A stretch of DNA of 64,000 nt, from assembly GCA_003602515.1 (NCBI GenBank), contig QQSB01000006.1, positions 16,234 through 80,233 on the forward strand, given 5' to 3'. The stretch is from Candidatus Poseidoniales archaeon (GTDB lineage: Archaea > Thermoplasmatota > Poseidoniia > Poseidoniales > Thalassarchaeaceae). How positions within the stretch are numbered: the stretch's first letter is position 1; the number at the start of each line of letters is the position of its first letter. Of this stretch, positions 41,298 through 50,875 are shown piece by piece. Below the pieces are notes generated by a model. That model was given only the letters and a program-made list of their open reading frames with translations, did not search any database and had not been told where the DNA came from. Both the position numbers and the translations under genes were made by a program.

Positions 41298-42260
41298 TCA
41301 TCCCAAGTGGGAGTCGTGACCCACAATCTTACCTTTCATTTCCGTCCCCTCAGGTATCCTTGCTCCTCTGCCTATTAGACACTCATCCAGAATACTACCA
41401 GCTCCTACCTCAGCATAGTCGAGGATTACAGAGTTCGTGACAGTTGCTCCCTCCCCTACGACGGACGAATGGCCCACTGAACTACCAGAGACCAGGCCTA
41501 GGCTCTCCGAGTCTTCGCCGAACCAAGAGTCCCCATTAACCGAGCCGCTGTCGAATTTTCTCTCGACTATGCAAACCTGAGTCGCCTCGATGAAGGATCC
41601 CGGGGTGCCTGCATCCACGAACCACCCCTCGTAAGGGAAACCATTCAGTCCACCAGTTTCAGCCAGATCCTCGTAGATATCCCTCTCTATGCTGTGGGCA
41701 CCCTCCGGCATTAGATTGAAGATCTCAGGCTCTAGGATGTAAGTTCCCGCATTAATGAGGTTTGAGTACGCCTCCTCAATCGGAGGCTTCTCTTGGAATC
41801 TCATAATCTTCCCACTTTCTTCCCGATAGTCGGCCACTCCGAAACGCGATGGGTCCTCTACCTCCCACAGCGCAATGGTTCCAATACCCTCGTTACTTCT
41901 ATGGAAATCTAGCATTTCTTCGACTCTCAAACTGGTGATCAAATCGCCATTAATCACACAGAAAGTGCCACCAGAGAGGTGACTCTTGCAGTTTGCAATG
42001 GCACCCCCGGTCCCGAGGGGTTCGGTCTCTTCGATAATTCTCACCTCATACGGAAGCGGGGTGTTGGCGAAATGGGAACGCATCTTCTCGACACCATAGC
42101 CAGCAGCGATTAGCACCCTGTCGACCAGGGATTCCGGAAGAACGTCTACTACATGCTCAATCATTGACTTATCCAGAATCGGTAGAAGGGGCTTCGGAAC
42201 GCTCTCCGTCCATGGCCTTAGCCTAGTCCCGAATCCTCCTGCCAGAACGATTACATCCAC
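41298..42260 (-). CDS. NDP-sugar pyrophosphorylase (mannose-1-phosphate guanylyltransferase-like)
   Basis: 'LAGGFGTRLRP', 'PKPLLP', 'PLGTGGA', 'NGD', 'FQEKP'; C-terminal hexapeptide repeats. Confidence 0.9.
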   Translation of the reverse strand: MDVIVLAGGFGTRLRPWTESVPKPLLPILDKSMIEHVVDVLPESLVDRVLIAAGYGVEKMRSHFANTPLPYEVRIIEETEPLGTGGAIANCKSHLSGGTFCVINGDLITSLRVEEMLDFHRSNEGIGTIALWEVEDPSRFGVADYREESGKIMRFQEKPPIEEAYSNLINAGTYILEPEIFNLMPEGAHSIERDIYEDLAETGGLNGFPYEGWFVDAGTPGSFIEATQVCIVERKFDSGSVNGDSWFGEDSESLGLVSGSSVGHSSVVGEGATVTNSVILDYAEVGAGSILDECLIGRGARIPEGTEMKGKIVGHDSHLG

Positions 42261-42359
42261 GGACCCCCCAGCACCTCACTGCCTTTCATCGCTTCGTGAC
42301 TCTTCTTCGGAAGATTGAGCTCCGCATCTTTCAAGACCATACCTCGGCTGGGTCGACCA

Positions 42360-43565
42360 ATGAACATTCATGAGTATCAGGCAAAGTCCATGTTTAGAGA
42401 GTCGGGAGTGGCTGTCCAACGTGGAGTTCACTGCACTACGGTCGAACAAGCACTATCCGCTTACGACTCTCTCAACTCAGATGTTGTCGCGGTAAAAAGC
42501 CAGATTCATGCTGGTGGAAGGGGCAAGGGAGATTTGTTCTGCCCTGACTCTGGAGAGTTAGTGATGCAGGGAGGAGTGAAGGTTGCCTTCTCCAGGGAGG
42601 AAGTAGAAAACTATGCCTCAAACATCCTGGGTCACAAACTCGTAACCAAGCAGACAGGCCCTTCTGGGAAGATCGTAAGTAACTTGTACGTTGAATCTGG
42701 TTGCGAAATAGCTCACGAGTACTATCTTGCAATGCTAGTTGACAGAGAGGAGGACGCGATCCTGATCATGGCTTCCACCGAGGGCGGAGTGGATATTGAG
42801 GAGGTTGCCGAGACTTCTCCTGAAGCCATTCACAAAGTTTGGTTTGACCCATCCGATGGTTTGAGTGAGGAGGTTGCAAACTCTCTCGGAGATTCCCTCG
42901 GCCTGTCGGGAAACTCCTGCACCTCATTTACAGAGATGATGGTCAGTCTGGCCTCTTTGTTCACCGAGAAGGACTGCTCTATGATCGAGATTAACCCCCT
43001 TGTGAGAGACGGTAATGGACTCATGGTGGCTTTGGATGCAAAGGTCAGCTTCGATGAGAATGCCACATTCAGGCATCCATGGAGGGAAGGTCTCAGAGAC
43101 AGATCGGAAGAGTCAGATGTGGAAGTAAGGGCTCATGAACACGGTCTATCATATGTAGACTTAGAAGGAAACATCGGCTGTTTGGTCAATGGTGCCGGCC
43201 TGGCAATGGCCACAATGGATGTAATCAAGCTGTATGGGGGGGAGCCAGCAAACTTCCTAGACATTGGAGGGGGCGCAGATAGCGAATCAATCACCGCCGC
43301 TTTCGAGATAATTCTTGAGGACACGCGTCTGGAGGGGATACTCGTCAATATCTTTGGAGGCATAATCAGATGCGATATGGTTGCTCGGAGTATCATCGAG
43401 GCCTCAGAGGAGACAGGTCTGAATATCCCTCTAGTAGTCAGGTTCTCTGGTACTAATCACGACGAAGGTAGGAAGGTACTGGAAGAATCAGATCTCGATG
43501 TGATTACTGTCAGCACCCTAGGGGATGCTGGCGAGGCAATAGTCAAAGCAATCGGGGGGAACTAG
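42360..43565 (+). CDS. sucC: Succinyl-CoA synthetase beta subunit
   Basis: 'MNIHEYQAK', '[10 protein letters not shown]', 'EINPL', '[11 protein letters not shown]', 'NIFGGI'. Confidence 0.96.
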   Translation: MNIHEYQAKSMFRESGVAVQRGVHCTTVEQALSAYDSLNSDVVAVKSQIHAGGRGKGDLFCPDSGELVMQGGVKVAFSREEVENYASNILGHKLVTKQTGPSGKIVSNLYVESGCEIAHEYYLAMLVDREEDAILIMASTEGGVDIEEVAETSPEAIHKVWFDPSDGLSEEVANSLGDSLGLSGNSCTSFTEMMVSLASLFTEKDCSMIEINPLVRDGNGLMVALDAKVSFDENATFRHPWREGLRDRSEESDVEVRAHEHGLSYVDLEGNIGCLVNGAGLAMATMDVIKLYGGEPANFLDIGGGADSESITAAFEIILEDTRLEGILVNIFGGIIRCDMVARSIIEASEETGLNIPLVVRFSGTNHDEGRKVLEESDLDVITVSTLGDAGEAIVKAIGGN

Positions 43566-43567
43566 AC

Positions 43568-44497
43568 ATGAGTATTTGGATTAATGATGAGACGAGGGTC
43601 CTGGTACAGGGAATCACAGGAAGCCAAGGAACGTTTCATGGGAAGATGATGATCGAATACGGTACTGAAATAGTCGGCGGAGTCACTCCAGGAAAGGGAG
43701 GGCAAGTCGTGGAACTATCGGGCAGATCAGTTCCAGTATTCAATACGATGTCAGAAGCAGTCTCCACTACCGAGGCAGTAGCCAGTGTGATTTACGTTCC
43801 AGCGCGATTCGCAGCTCCTGCAATAATCGAGGCTGCTGACTCATTCCACGAATTGAACGGAGGAGGGCTAATCGTCTGCATCACTGAGGGGATCCCAACT
43901 CTTGACATGGTCAAGGTAATATCGCACTTGGAAAAAAGACCCGGTGTCAGGCTAATCGGACCAAATTGCCCCGGAATAATCTCGCCTGGCTCCGATGGCG
44001 GGTGCAAGATAGGGATAATGCCCGGTTCCATACACGCCAAGGGTAGGATTGGAATAATCTCCAAGTCGGGGACCCTAACTTACGAGGCAGTCGCACAAAC
44101 TATGAGCGTAGGAGAAGGACAAACCACCTGTGTTGGAATCGGAGGCGACCCGGTAAATGGAACCGGATTTATCGAGTGCCTGGAAGCCTTCGAGAATGAT
44201 CCTGACACCGCGGCAGTTGTAATGATTGGAGAGATTGGTGGCACTGCAGAAGAGGAAGCAGCAGCATGGTCCAAGAATAACTTCTCCAAGCCACTTGTAG
44301 GATTCGTCGCAGGAGCTACAGCACCACCAGGCAAGCGGATGGGGCACGCTGGAGCAATCATTTCAGGCGGCAAGGGAACTGCGGAGGAGAAGTTCTCCGC
44401 ATTCGAAGCTGCGGGAATCCACATCGCTCGTGATCCATCAAAGATTGGTGAGGCCCTGGTATCGGCCCTGGTAGAAGCAGGCCTGCGAGAGTCTTAG
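43568..44497 (+). CDS. sucD: Succinyl-CoA synthetase alpha subunit
   Basis: 'QGITG', 'IGPNCPG', 'SGTLTYE', 'GIGGD', phospho-His 'MGHAGA'. Confidence 0.96.
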   Translation: MSIWINDETRVLVQGITGSQGTFHGKMMIEYGTEIVGGVTPGKGGQVVELSGRSVPVFNTMSEAVSTTEAVASVIYVPARFAAPAIIEAADSFHELNGGGLIVCITEGIPTLDMVKVISHLEKRPGVRLIGPNCPGIISPGSDGGCKIGIMPGSIHAKGRIGIISKSGTLTYEAVAQTMSVGEGQTTCVGIGGDPVNGTGFIECLEAFENDPDTAAVVMIGEIGGTAEEEAAAWSKNNFSKPLVGFVAGATAPPGKRMGHAGAIISGGKGTAEEKFSAFEAAGIHIARDPSKIGEALVSALVEAGLRES

Positions 44498-44532
44498 GAA
44501 CAGAAACCTCTAGCGAGATCAGGTTGGCAACC

Positions 44533-45531
44533 ATGTCGAGTATTTTCAACTCCGATTTGGACTCCATACTGGAAGGCACATCTCGCTCGTTCTACTTGTC
44601 ACTGAAGGAGCTTCCAAGAGAAATTAGGAAACAAGTCAGTCTCCTTTACATGTTAGCCAGGACCTCTGACACAATTGCTGACTCCGAGGGTGGAGAACCG
44701 GAGGATCTTCTGCAGGCCCTGGAGTCATACAATGAGTTTACCCAGGGGAATACAGACGAGGCTCCGGACCTACAAGAACTCTCAGAATTCCAGAGCAACA
44801 TTTCCGAGGGACTGCTCCTCAAGAATGTAGACAAAGTAGCCTCCAACATCAGTCAATTCTCGGAATCCGACCAGGAGTCAATCCGTAATTGCTTAGGTAC
44901 CATCATAGGGGGGCAGATACTGGATTTGAAGAGATTCTCTTCCGGAGTAGATGGAATCCCATCCATCGAAGAAAATGATGAATTAGACGACTATGCGTAC
45001 AGAGTAGCCGGAAGTGTTGGCGAATTCTGGACGCAGATGTCTCTCGACCATCTATTCAAAATTAAAGAGGAAAATGAGGCGGAGATTTTCGAGAATGGAG
45101 TCAGATTCGGAAAGGCCCTACAGATGATTAACATCCTGAGAGATATACCAGCGGACTTGGAGCTGGGCCGCTGCTACATCCCGAGGAGAAGCCTGGATGA
45201 GCATGGCATGTCTCCCTCAGATTTGCTGGACTCATCCAAAATGGAATCCTTCAGACCACTATACAACGAATATCTCGATTTGACTGACCAGCATCTCGAT
45301 TCCGCAGTCCAGTACATCGAGATGCTGCCACACTCACAGTTTCGTCTTCGTGGTTCTTGCATGCTACCAGTTATAATTGGGAAGAAGACCGTTTCCCTCC
45401 TCAGAGGAAGAAACGTTCTGGACCCCGAGAAGAAGGTCAAGATCAGTAGATCAGAGGTCAAAGAAGTAGTAAAAAAAGTCATCATGGCAGTGCCATTCAA
45501 GGGCTCCAGCAAGAGACTACTAAGAGAATAA
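44533..45531 (+). CDS. Squalene synthase-like head-to-head prenyltransferase (FdfT/SQS-type)
   Basis: 'TSRSFYL', 'ARTSDTIAD', 'YAYRVAGSVG', 'GKALQMINILRDIPAD', 'GRCYIP'. Confidence 0.82.
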   Translation: MSSIFNSDLDSILEGTSRSFYLSLKELPREIRKQVSLLYMLARTSDTIADSEGGEPEDLLQALESYNEFTQGNTDEAPDLQELSEFQSNISEGLLLKNVDKVASNISQFSESDQESIRNCLGTIIGGQILDLKRFSSGVDGIPSIEENDELDDYAYRVAGSVGEFWTQMSLDHLFKIKEENEAEIFENGVRFGKALQMINILRDIPADLELGRCYIPRRSLDEHGMSPSDLLDSSKMESFRPLYNEYLDLTDQHLDSAVQYIEMLPHSQFRLRGSCMLPVIIGKKTVSLLRGRNVLDPEKKVKISRSEVKEVVKKVIMAVPFKGSSKRLLRE

Positions 45532-45638
45532 CTAATCAGATAAAGTCCGTTTTTCTCTACCAAAAATAACGATGCTCGCTCCAGTCGTAGTCGGGAGACA
45601 TTCAAGTGGACCCTTATGTCGCCCATTTCTGAAGAGAT

Positions 45639-46889
45639 ATGACTCAGGGCAGAGAATCCGAAAGCGAGACCATCCTCGATGCGGAGATCGACGATCCAGC
45701 GTATACAGAACCAACAACTAGTATGGAAGAGCAAATAGACATCGTCAGAGCAACTGTTGATATTACTAAGGAAGCCGCCAGAGCAATCAGCATCACAGCC
45801 ATAGAGGCAGTCCGAGAAAGTGCTCTTTTCATGGGCGTCATTGGATCGAGAGGGGAATTGCTGGACCCATTCATACACATTGATGCACCAATCTGGACTG
45901 AACCAGAAATACCTCGTCACATGGTGGAAACATCATATGAATTCTGCGAGGAACTAACTCGTAGAGAAGCAGGAAATTTCTACCACTCTTTCAAGTATCT
46001 GCCAGAGGAAAAGCGTCGTTCAATAATGGCATACTACGCCTTTTGTCGCAGAGCAGATGATATTGCCGATGGCGACTTCGAAGACGTCTTCCCCGGGGGC
46101 TCATCAGATGACCCAGAATCCGTAAATTACAGATCAGACATTGAAAGATTGAGCCCGGGAGGGCCGGTCTTGGATCGATCGACATACAACGACAAAATGT
46201 CCCAATTGTTCTACTACCGTAAGAAACTGTCAACTGCATATGGCGATTATACATCTACTGATCCAATTTTCATCGCTCTGAAGGACACTGTGATGAAGTA
46301 CGGAATTCAAAGACAATTACTGGACGATATGATCAGCGGTATGGAAAATGATTTCCATAAGAATCGTTATCAATCCTTCGAAGAACTATACTCTTACTGT
46401 TACAGAGTAGCTTCCACAGTGGGTCTGGTGTGTATAGAAATATACGGATACGATGACCCAAAAGCAAAGGAATATGCTGAGTCTTGGGGCGTCTTCATGC
46501 AACTAATCAATATCATCAGAGATGTATCCGAAGATGCAAAGAGAGACAGAATCTATCTCCCTCTAGACGATCTCGCTCGCTGGGGAATCTCGGAGGAAGA
46601 CATCAAGAGCGGCGAAACTCTTCTCGAACACCCTGGTTGGGCACCATTTGTAGAGGAGTACTTGGAGAGGGCAGATGGATACCGGCAGAGGGCATTCAAA
46701 CTACTCACCCACTTGGATAAGTCCGCTAGATACTCACCCGCCGCAATGGCTTCATTCTACCAATCTATCATGGCCAAGATTTCCAAGAAGAAAGGCGACG
46801 TATTCTCCGAGAGGATCCAACTTTCCAAGACCGAGAAGATTCTGCTAGCCGGATACGTGTACATAAGGTACAGATTCTTAGGCTTCTAA
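45639..46889 (+). CDS. Phytoene/presqualene-PP synthase (CrtB/HpnD-type) with N-terminal extension
   Basis: 'NFYHSF', 'YAFCRRADDIAD', 'YCYRVASTVG', 'QLINIIRDVSED', 'RIYLP'. Confidence 0.85.
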   Translation: MTQGRESESETILDAEIDDPAYTEPTTSMEEQIDIVRATVDITKEAARAISITAIEAVRESALFMGVIGSRGELLDPFIHIDAPIWTEPEIPRHMVETSYEFCEELTRREAGNFYHSFKYLPEEKRRSIMAYYAFCRRADDIADGDFEDVFPGGSSDDPESVNYRSDIERLSPGGPVLDRSTYNDKMSQLFYYRKKLSTAYGDYTSTDPIFIALKDTVMKYGIQRQLLDDMISGMENDFHKNRYQSFEELYSYCYRVASTVGLVCIEIYGYDDPKAKEYAESWGVFMQLINIIRDVSEDAKRDRIYLPLDDLARWGISEEDIKSGETLLEHPGWAPFVEEYLERADGYRQRAFKLLTHLDKSARYSPAAMASFYQSIMAKISKKKGDVFSERIQLSKTEKILLAGYVYIRYRFLGF

Positions 46890-46954
46890 AGTAAACGAGT
46901 GCACGATGCCTAACACATGGAAGAAGTATTAGTCAATGGTAAGGAGGATGAGGC

Positions 46955-48724
46955 ATGAGGGTGGCAGTTCTTCTTGAGGAACGCTGCAAGCCCAACAGCA
47001 ATGCGTTCGCCTACCTGAAGAAGTACTCAGCCATGTGCGACAGGGAATGCATTCAGGTAGAGGGGTCAAAGTGTAAGATACTGGAGACTGCATGCCCGGT
47101 TTGCTTCACCAGGGTAAAGCACTGTCCAGATGATGCGGTAAAAATCATCAATCTCCCAGAGGAACTGGACACCGATTTGACACACTCTTTCGGAGAGAAC
47201 TCATTCAGACTATTCAGGCTACCATCCCCTCGACAAGACCAGATAGTGGGAATACTGGGCCCCAATGGAATTGGTAAATCAACTGCAATCAATCTGCTGT
47301 CAGGTACATTCAGGCCAAATCTGGGGGACTGGACCGACCCTTCACCAGAGTGGGAACAGGTGATCTCAACGTTCCCTAGAGGGGAGCTAAGAGATTACCT
47401 GGGGTTGGTTGCAGAGGGAGAAGTTAGCATAGCAGTGAAGCCACAGTATATCGACAAACTACCTCGCATTTTCGAAGGAGAAGTCAATCAACTCCTGACT
47501 AGGGTGGATGATAGGGAGGAGATGGACAGATACTCCGAGTTGATGGGGATATCCCATATTATCGACAGAAAGTTGGGCGATCTATCTGGAGGGGAATTGC
47601 AGAGAGTTGCGATTTGTGCCACCCTGCTAAAGGAGGCTGACGTCTACTTCTTCGATGAGCCATCTTCCTACTTGGACATATACGAGAGGATGAGAATGGT
47701 GGGAGTGGTTCGGGATCTGGCCGAGAGGGGCAAGAGAGTACTCGTAGTGGAGCACGACCTGGCAATTCTCGACGTTCTATGTGACTTAGTTCACGTAATT
47801 TATGGAGATAGATCTGCATACGGAATCTTCACCCCACCCAGATCCACTAGGACTGCAATCAATGCATATCTCGATGGCTATCTTCCTGAGGAGAATGTCA
47901 GGATAAGGGACAAGCCAATTCGATTCCTAAGGGGTCGAACACGTGGGGAGGAGGTTGGCACACCGGTTCTCAAATGGGGATCGATAGAGAAAAATCTCGG
48001 CGACTTCAATCTAAAGACTGGAGAAGGAGAGGTGAAGTCAGCCGAGGTTGTTGGCGTAGTCGGGCCCAATGCAACTGGGAAGACGACCCTCGTCAAGATT
48101 ATCGCTGGCGAAATAGATCCAGACGAGGGATGGTGTACTATGGATTCCAAGGTCTCATACAAACCTCAGCATGTTAGGGCTGACTTCGAGGGAACTGTCC
48201 AGAACTGGCTCGATTACGAACTAGGGAGTAAATGGCGAAGCGGCGAATTCCATACCCAGGTTATCCGGGCACTTCAAGTCGACAAGATGCAGGATCTTCA
48301 GACCACGAAACTATCTGGTGGGGAACTACAGGCAGTCAGTATAGCCATCTGCCTAGGCAAGGAGGCAGATCTATACCTGTTCGACGAGCCCAGCGCACAT
48401 CTGGATGCAAATGCAAGAATGGAGGCAGCAAAGGCAATCAGGCGGACGATGGAAAGTAATGAGAAGGCTGCAATGGTAATCGATCACGATACGTATTTCC
48501 TCGACATAGTAAGCGACTCCATCCTTGTTTTCCAGGGTGAAGGTGGCAAAAATGGCCTTGCTGTCGGCCCCCTTTCCCTGAGGAAGGGGATGAACCTCTT
48601 CCTATCCGATGCCGACGTCACTTTCCGAAGGGACGTGGAATCACACCGGCCAAGGATAAACAAACCATCGAGCAGGAAGGATCGCGAACAGAAGTCATCC
48701 GGAGAATACTTCTACTCAGACTAG
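46955..48724 (+). CDS. Ribosome recycling ATPase ABCE1/RLI with atypical N-terminal Cys domain
   Basis: Two NBDs ('GPNGIGKST', 'LSGGELQ', 'DEPS', 'GPNATGKTT'); C-terminal 'RPRINKPSSRKDREQK'. Confidence 0.95.
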   Translation: MRVAVLLEERCKPNSNAFAYLKKYSAMCDRECIQVEGSKCKILETACPVCFTRVKHCPDDAVKIINLPEELDTDLTHSFGENSFRLFRLPSPRQDQIVGILGPNGIGKSTAINLLSGTFRPNLGDWTDPSPEWEQVISTFPRGELRDYLGLVAEGEVSIAVKPQYIDKLPRIFEGEVNQLLTRVDDREEMDRYSELMGISHIIDRKLGDLSGGELQRVAICATLLKEADVYFFDEPSSYLDIYERMRMVGVVRDLAERGKRVLVVEHDLAILDVLCDLVHVIYGDRSAYGIFTPPRSTRTAINAYLDGYLPEENVRIRDKPIRFLRGRTRGEEVGTPVLKWGSIEKNLGDFNLKTGEGEVKSAEVVGVVGPNATGKTTLVKIIAGEIDPDEGWCTMDSKVSYKPQHVRADFEGTVQNWLDYELGSKWRSGEFHTQVIRALQVDKMQDLQTTKLSGGELQAVSIAICLGKEADLYLFDEPSAHLDANARMEAAKAIRRTMESNEKAAMVIDHDTYFLDIVSDSILVFQGEGGKNGLAVGPLSLRKGMNLFLSDADVTFRRDVESHRPRINKPSSRKDREQKSSGEYFYSD

Positions 48725-48767
48725 CATTGACCATTGGATTCTTGAGGGGCCATTCCAGCCCATTGAC

Positions 48768-49262
48768 GTGACAGAAGAGGCGCCAGACGGTGAAACATCT
48801 CCTCATGACGAAGAGGAGCCTGACTTTGAGGCAATGGTTTCTGAACTAGAGAAGGAAATCCAGTACGCCAAGGCAGAGACAGCGAACGCAGTTCAGAGGG
48901 CGGTGAGAGATAGGTCAGAGGCCCTGAAGTATGGGGGCGCTTCACTTGCAAGACGCATAATCCCTGCAATCGACCATCTGTCAAAGGCCGTCGAAGCTTC
49001 CGAAGGAGAGCAGGGTTCGGAGCCTCTAATCGAGGGTGTTAGGCTGACTTTAGATGGCTTGAGGTCCTCTCTGGAATCCGAGGGGATATCACAAATCGAT
49101 GCATTGGGGAAGAAATTCGACCCTACATGCATGGAGGCAATCGCAACCATCCCATGCCCGGAGGACAAGGAACCGGGTAGCGTGATTGAAGTCATTGAGA
49201 GTGGTTATAGGATGCACGATCGCATCCTTCGAGCATCCAGGGTCATTGTAGCCGAGGGCTAG
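48768..49262 (+). CDS. grpE: Nucleotide exchange factor GrpE
   Basis: 'AETAN', 'IIPAIDHL', 'FDP', 'GYRMHDRILRASRVIV'. Confidence 0.9.
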   Translation: MTEEAPDGETSPHDEEEPDFEAMVSELEKEIQYAKAETANAVQRAVRDRSEALKYGGASLARRIIPAIDHLSKAVEASEGEQGSEPLIEGVRLTLDGLRSSLESEGISQIDALGKKFDPTCMEAIATIPCPEDKEPGSVIEVIESGYRMHDRILRASRVIVAEG

Positions 49263-49264
49263 TC

Positions 49265-49762
49265 GTGACCATGAAAGGACGACTTCCGCTTTTCGCAGTC
49301 GGGCTAGTCTCGGCATATCTGCTCTCCATCTTATCAATCCATATTGCAGCCCCCGATGACCCAATTGAACCGGTGGAATTCCCCACCAAATGCCCTGATG
49401 ATTCACTCAATTGCTCAATGATTGGTCCAAATCACCATAGAAGTGGAAATATTACTGAGATTAGAATCAATGCCAGTTTAGAAGAAGTGATGGATGAAGT
49501 AAGAAAATGGGTTGATTCTCAATCTGGAACAACCACTATAGGAGATTGGCCAGAGCAAACCCATGCCGTATTTAGAACGCTAATCATGCGATTTCCCGAT
49601 GATTTCGTAGTAAGAGGTTTCTGCGACGATGGTGACAGCGTACTGCATGTTTACTCAAAGTCACGTCTAGGTATTTCTGACCTAGGTGTGAACAAAGCGC
49701 GTATCGAGAGTTTCTCTGACTATATGATAAACGTCGAAATGGCTACATCAGAATGCGTCTAG
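49265..49762 (+). CDS. DUF1499-like membrane-anchored protein
   Basis: N-terminal TM, 'CP...NC', 'FRTLIMRFPDD', 'SKSRLGISDLGVNKARI'. Confidence 0.75.
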   Translation: MTMKGRLPLFAVGLVSAYLLSILSIHIAAPDDPIEPVEFPTKCPDDSLNCSMIGPNHHRSGNITEIRINASLEEVMDEVRKWVDSQSGTTTIGDWPEQTHAVFRTLIMRFPDDFVVRGFCDDGDSVLHVYSKSRLGISDLGVNKARIESFSDYMINVEMATSECV

Positions 49763-49780
49763 GAGTGATCGGCGCTTACC

Positions 49781-50836
49781 TTGTCTGCAATAATTGATCC
49801 AGATATTCGAAAGGCCCGCACCCTTCCGTCAGAATTCTACACCGATGAAGGAAAATTCGAAAAGATTTTGCAAGGATTTACCAAAAATTGGCACTTCGCA
49901 GCTCACAAGAGCCAACTATCGGGCAAGTCAGCAATAGAGTTGAGCCATCTGGAGAGAATGATAGGCGAATCAATAGTAATGGTGGCTGGGGATGAAATCA
50001 GGTGCATGTCGAACGTTTGCACCCATAGAGGGATGCTATTGGTAGATGGCAGTTGCTCCAAGAATACTCTACAGTGCCCATACCATGGCCGAACCTTCGG
50101 ATTAGATGGGAGGATGAAATCAATGCCAGAATTCGACCAAGTCGAAGGTTTCCCTACTATCCAAGATGACCTGCGCATCTTCCCATCCCTGTTCTGGAAG
50201 GGACTGGTTTTCACAGGAATAGAACCCGCTGGTATGGAAGCCTGCCTAGAAGAGATGGAAGAAAGGATTGGTTGGATGCCAATCGAGACATTCGAACACG
50301 ACCTTTCCAGGAATAGGTGCTATGATATCAGAGCAAATTGGGCCCTATACGTTGACAACTACTTAGAGGGCTTCCACATTCCATTCGTCCACGATGACCT
50401 CAACATGGCGCTGGACTACGACAATTACAGAACTGAGATTTTCGATGGTGGAGTCCTGCAGATTGGTATCGCTAGTAAGGGAGAACCAACTTTCGATATT
50501 CCAGAGACGTCACCAGATTTCGGACTAAATGTGGCAGCATATTACTACTGGATTTATCCAGGTCTAATGCTCAACTTCTACCCATGGGGCCTCTCTGTAA
50601 ACTTAGTCTCCCCATTGTCAATTGAGAGCACTAGGATAGAGTACTACGGATTTGTATGGGACAAGAAATTCCTCGGGAAGGGTGCAGGGGGTGACTTGGA
50701 CAAGGTTGAGGCAGAAGATCAGCACATTGTAGAATTCACACAGAGAGGGGTGTCATCAGGAGCTTATGAAAGAGGACGTTACTCCCCAACAAAGGAGACA
50801 GGGGTCCATCATTTCCATCGAATACTAACTTCTTAG
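49781..50836 (+). CDS. Rieske non-heme iron oxygenase alpha subunit (choline monooxygenase-like)
   Basis: Rieske 'CTHRG...CPYHG'; mononuclear Fe site 'DNYLEGFHIPFVH'; 'EAED'. Confidence 0.9.
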   Translation: MSAIIDPDIRKARTLPSEFYTDEGKFEKILQGFTKNWHFAAHKSQLSGKSAIELSHLERMIGESIVMVAGDEIRCMSNVCTHRGMLLVDGSCSKNTLQCPYHGRTFGLDGRMKSMPEFDQVEGFPTIQDDLRIFPSLFWKGLVFTGIEPAGMEACLEEMEERIGWMPIETFEHDLSRNRCYDIRANWALYVDNYLEGFHIPFVHDDLNMALDYDNYRTEIFDGGVLQIGIASKGEPTFDIPETSPDFGLNVAAYYYWIYPGLMLNFYPWGLSVNLVSPLSIESTRIEYYGFVWDKKFLGKGAGGDLDKVEAEDQHIVEFTQRGVSSGAYERGRYSPTKETGVHHFHRILTS

Positions 50837-50875
50837 ATTCAATTCATAACTAATCGTCTATTCGTGACATTTACC

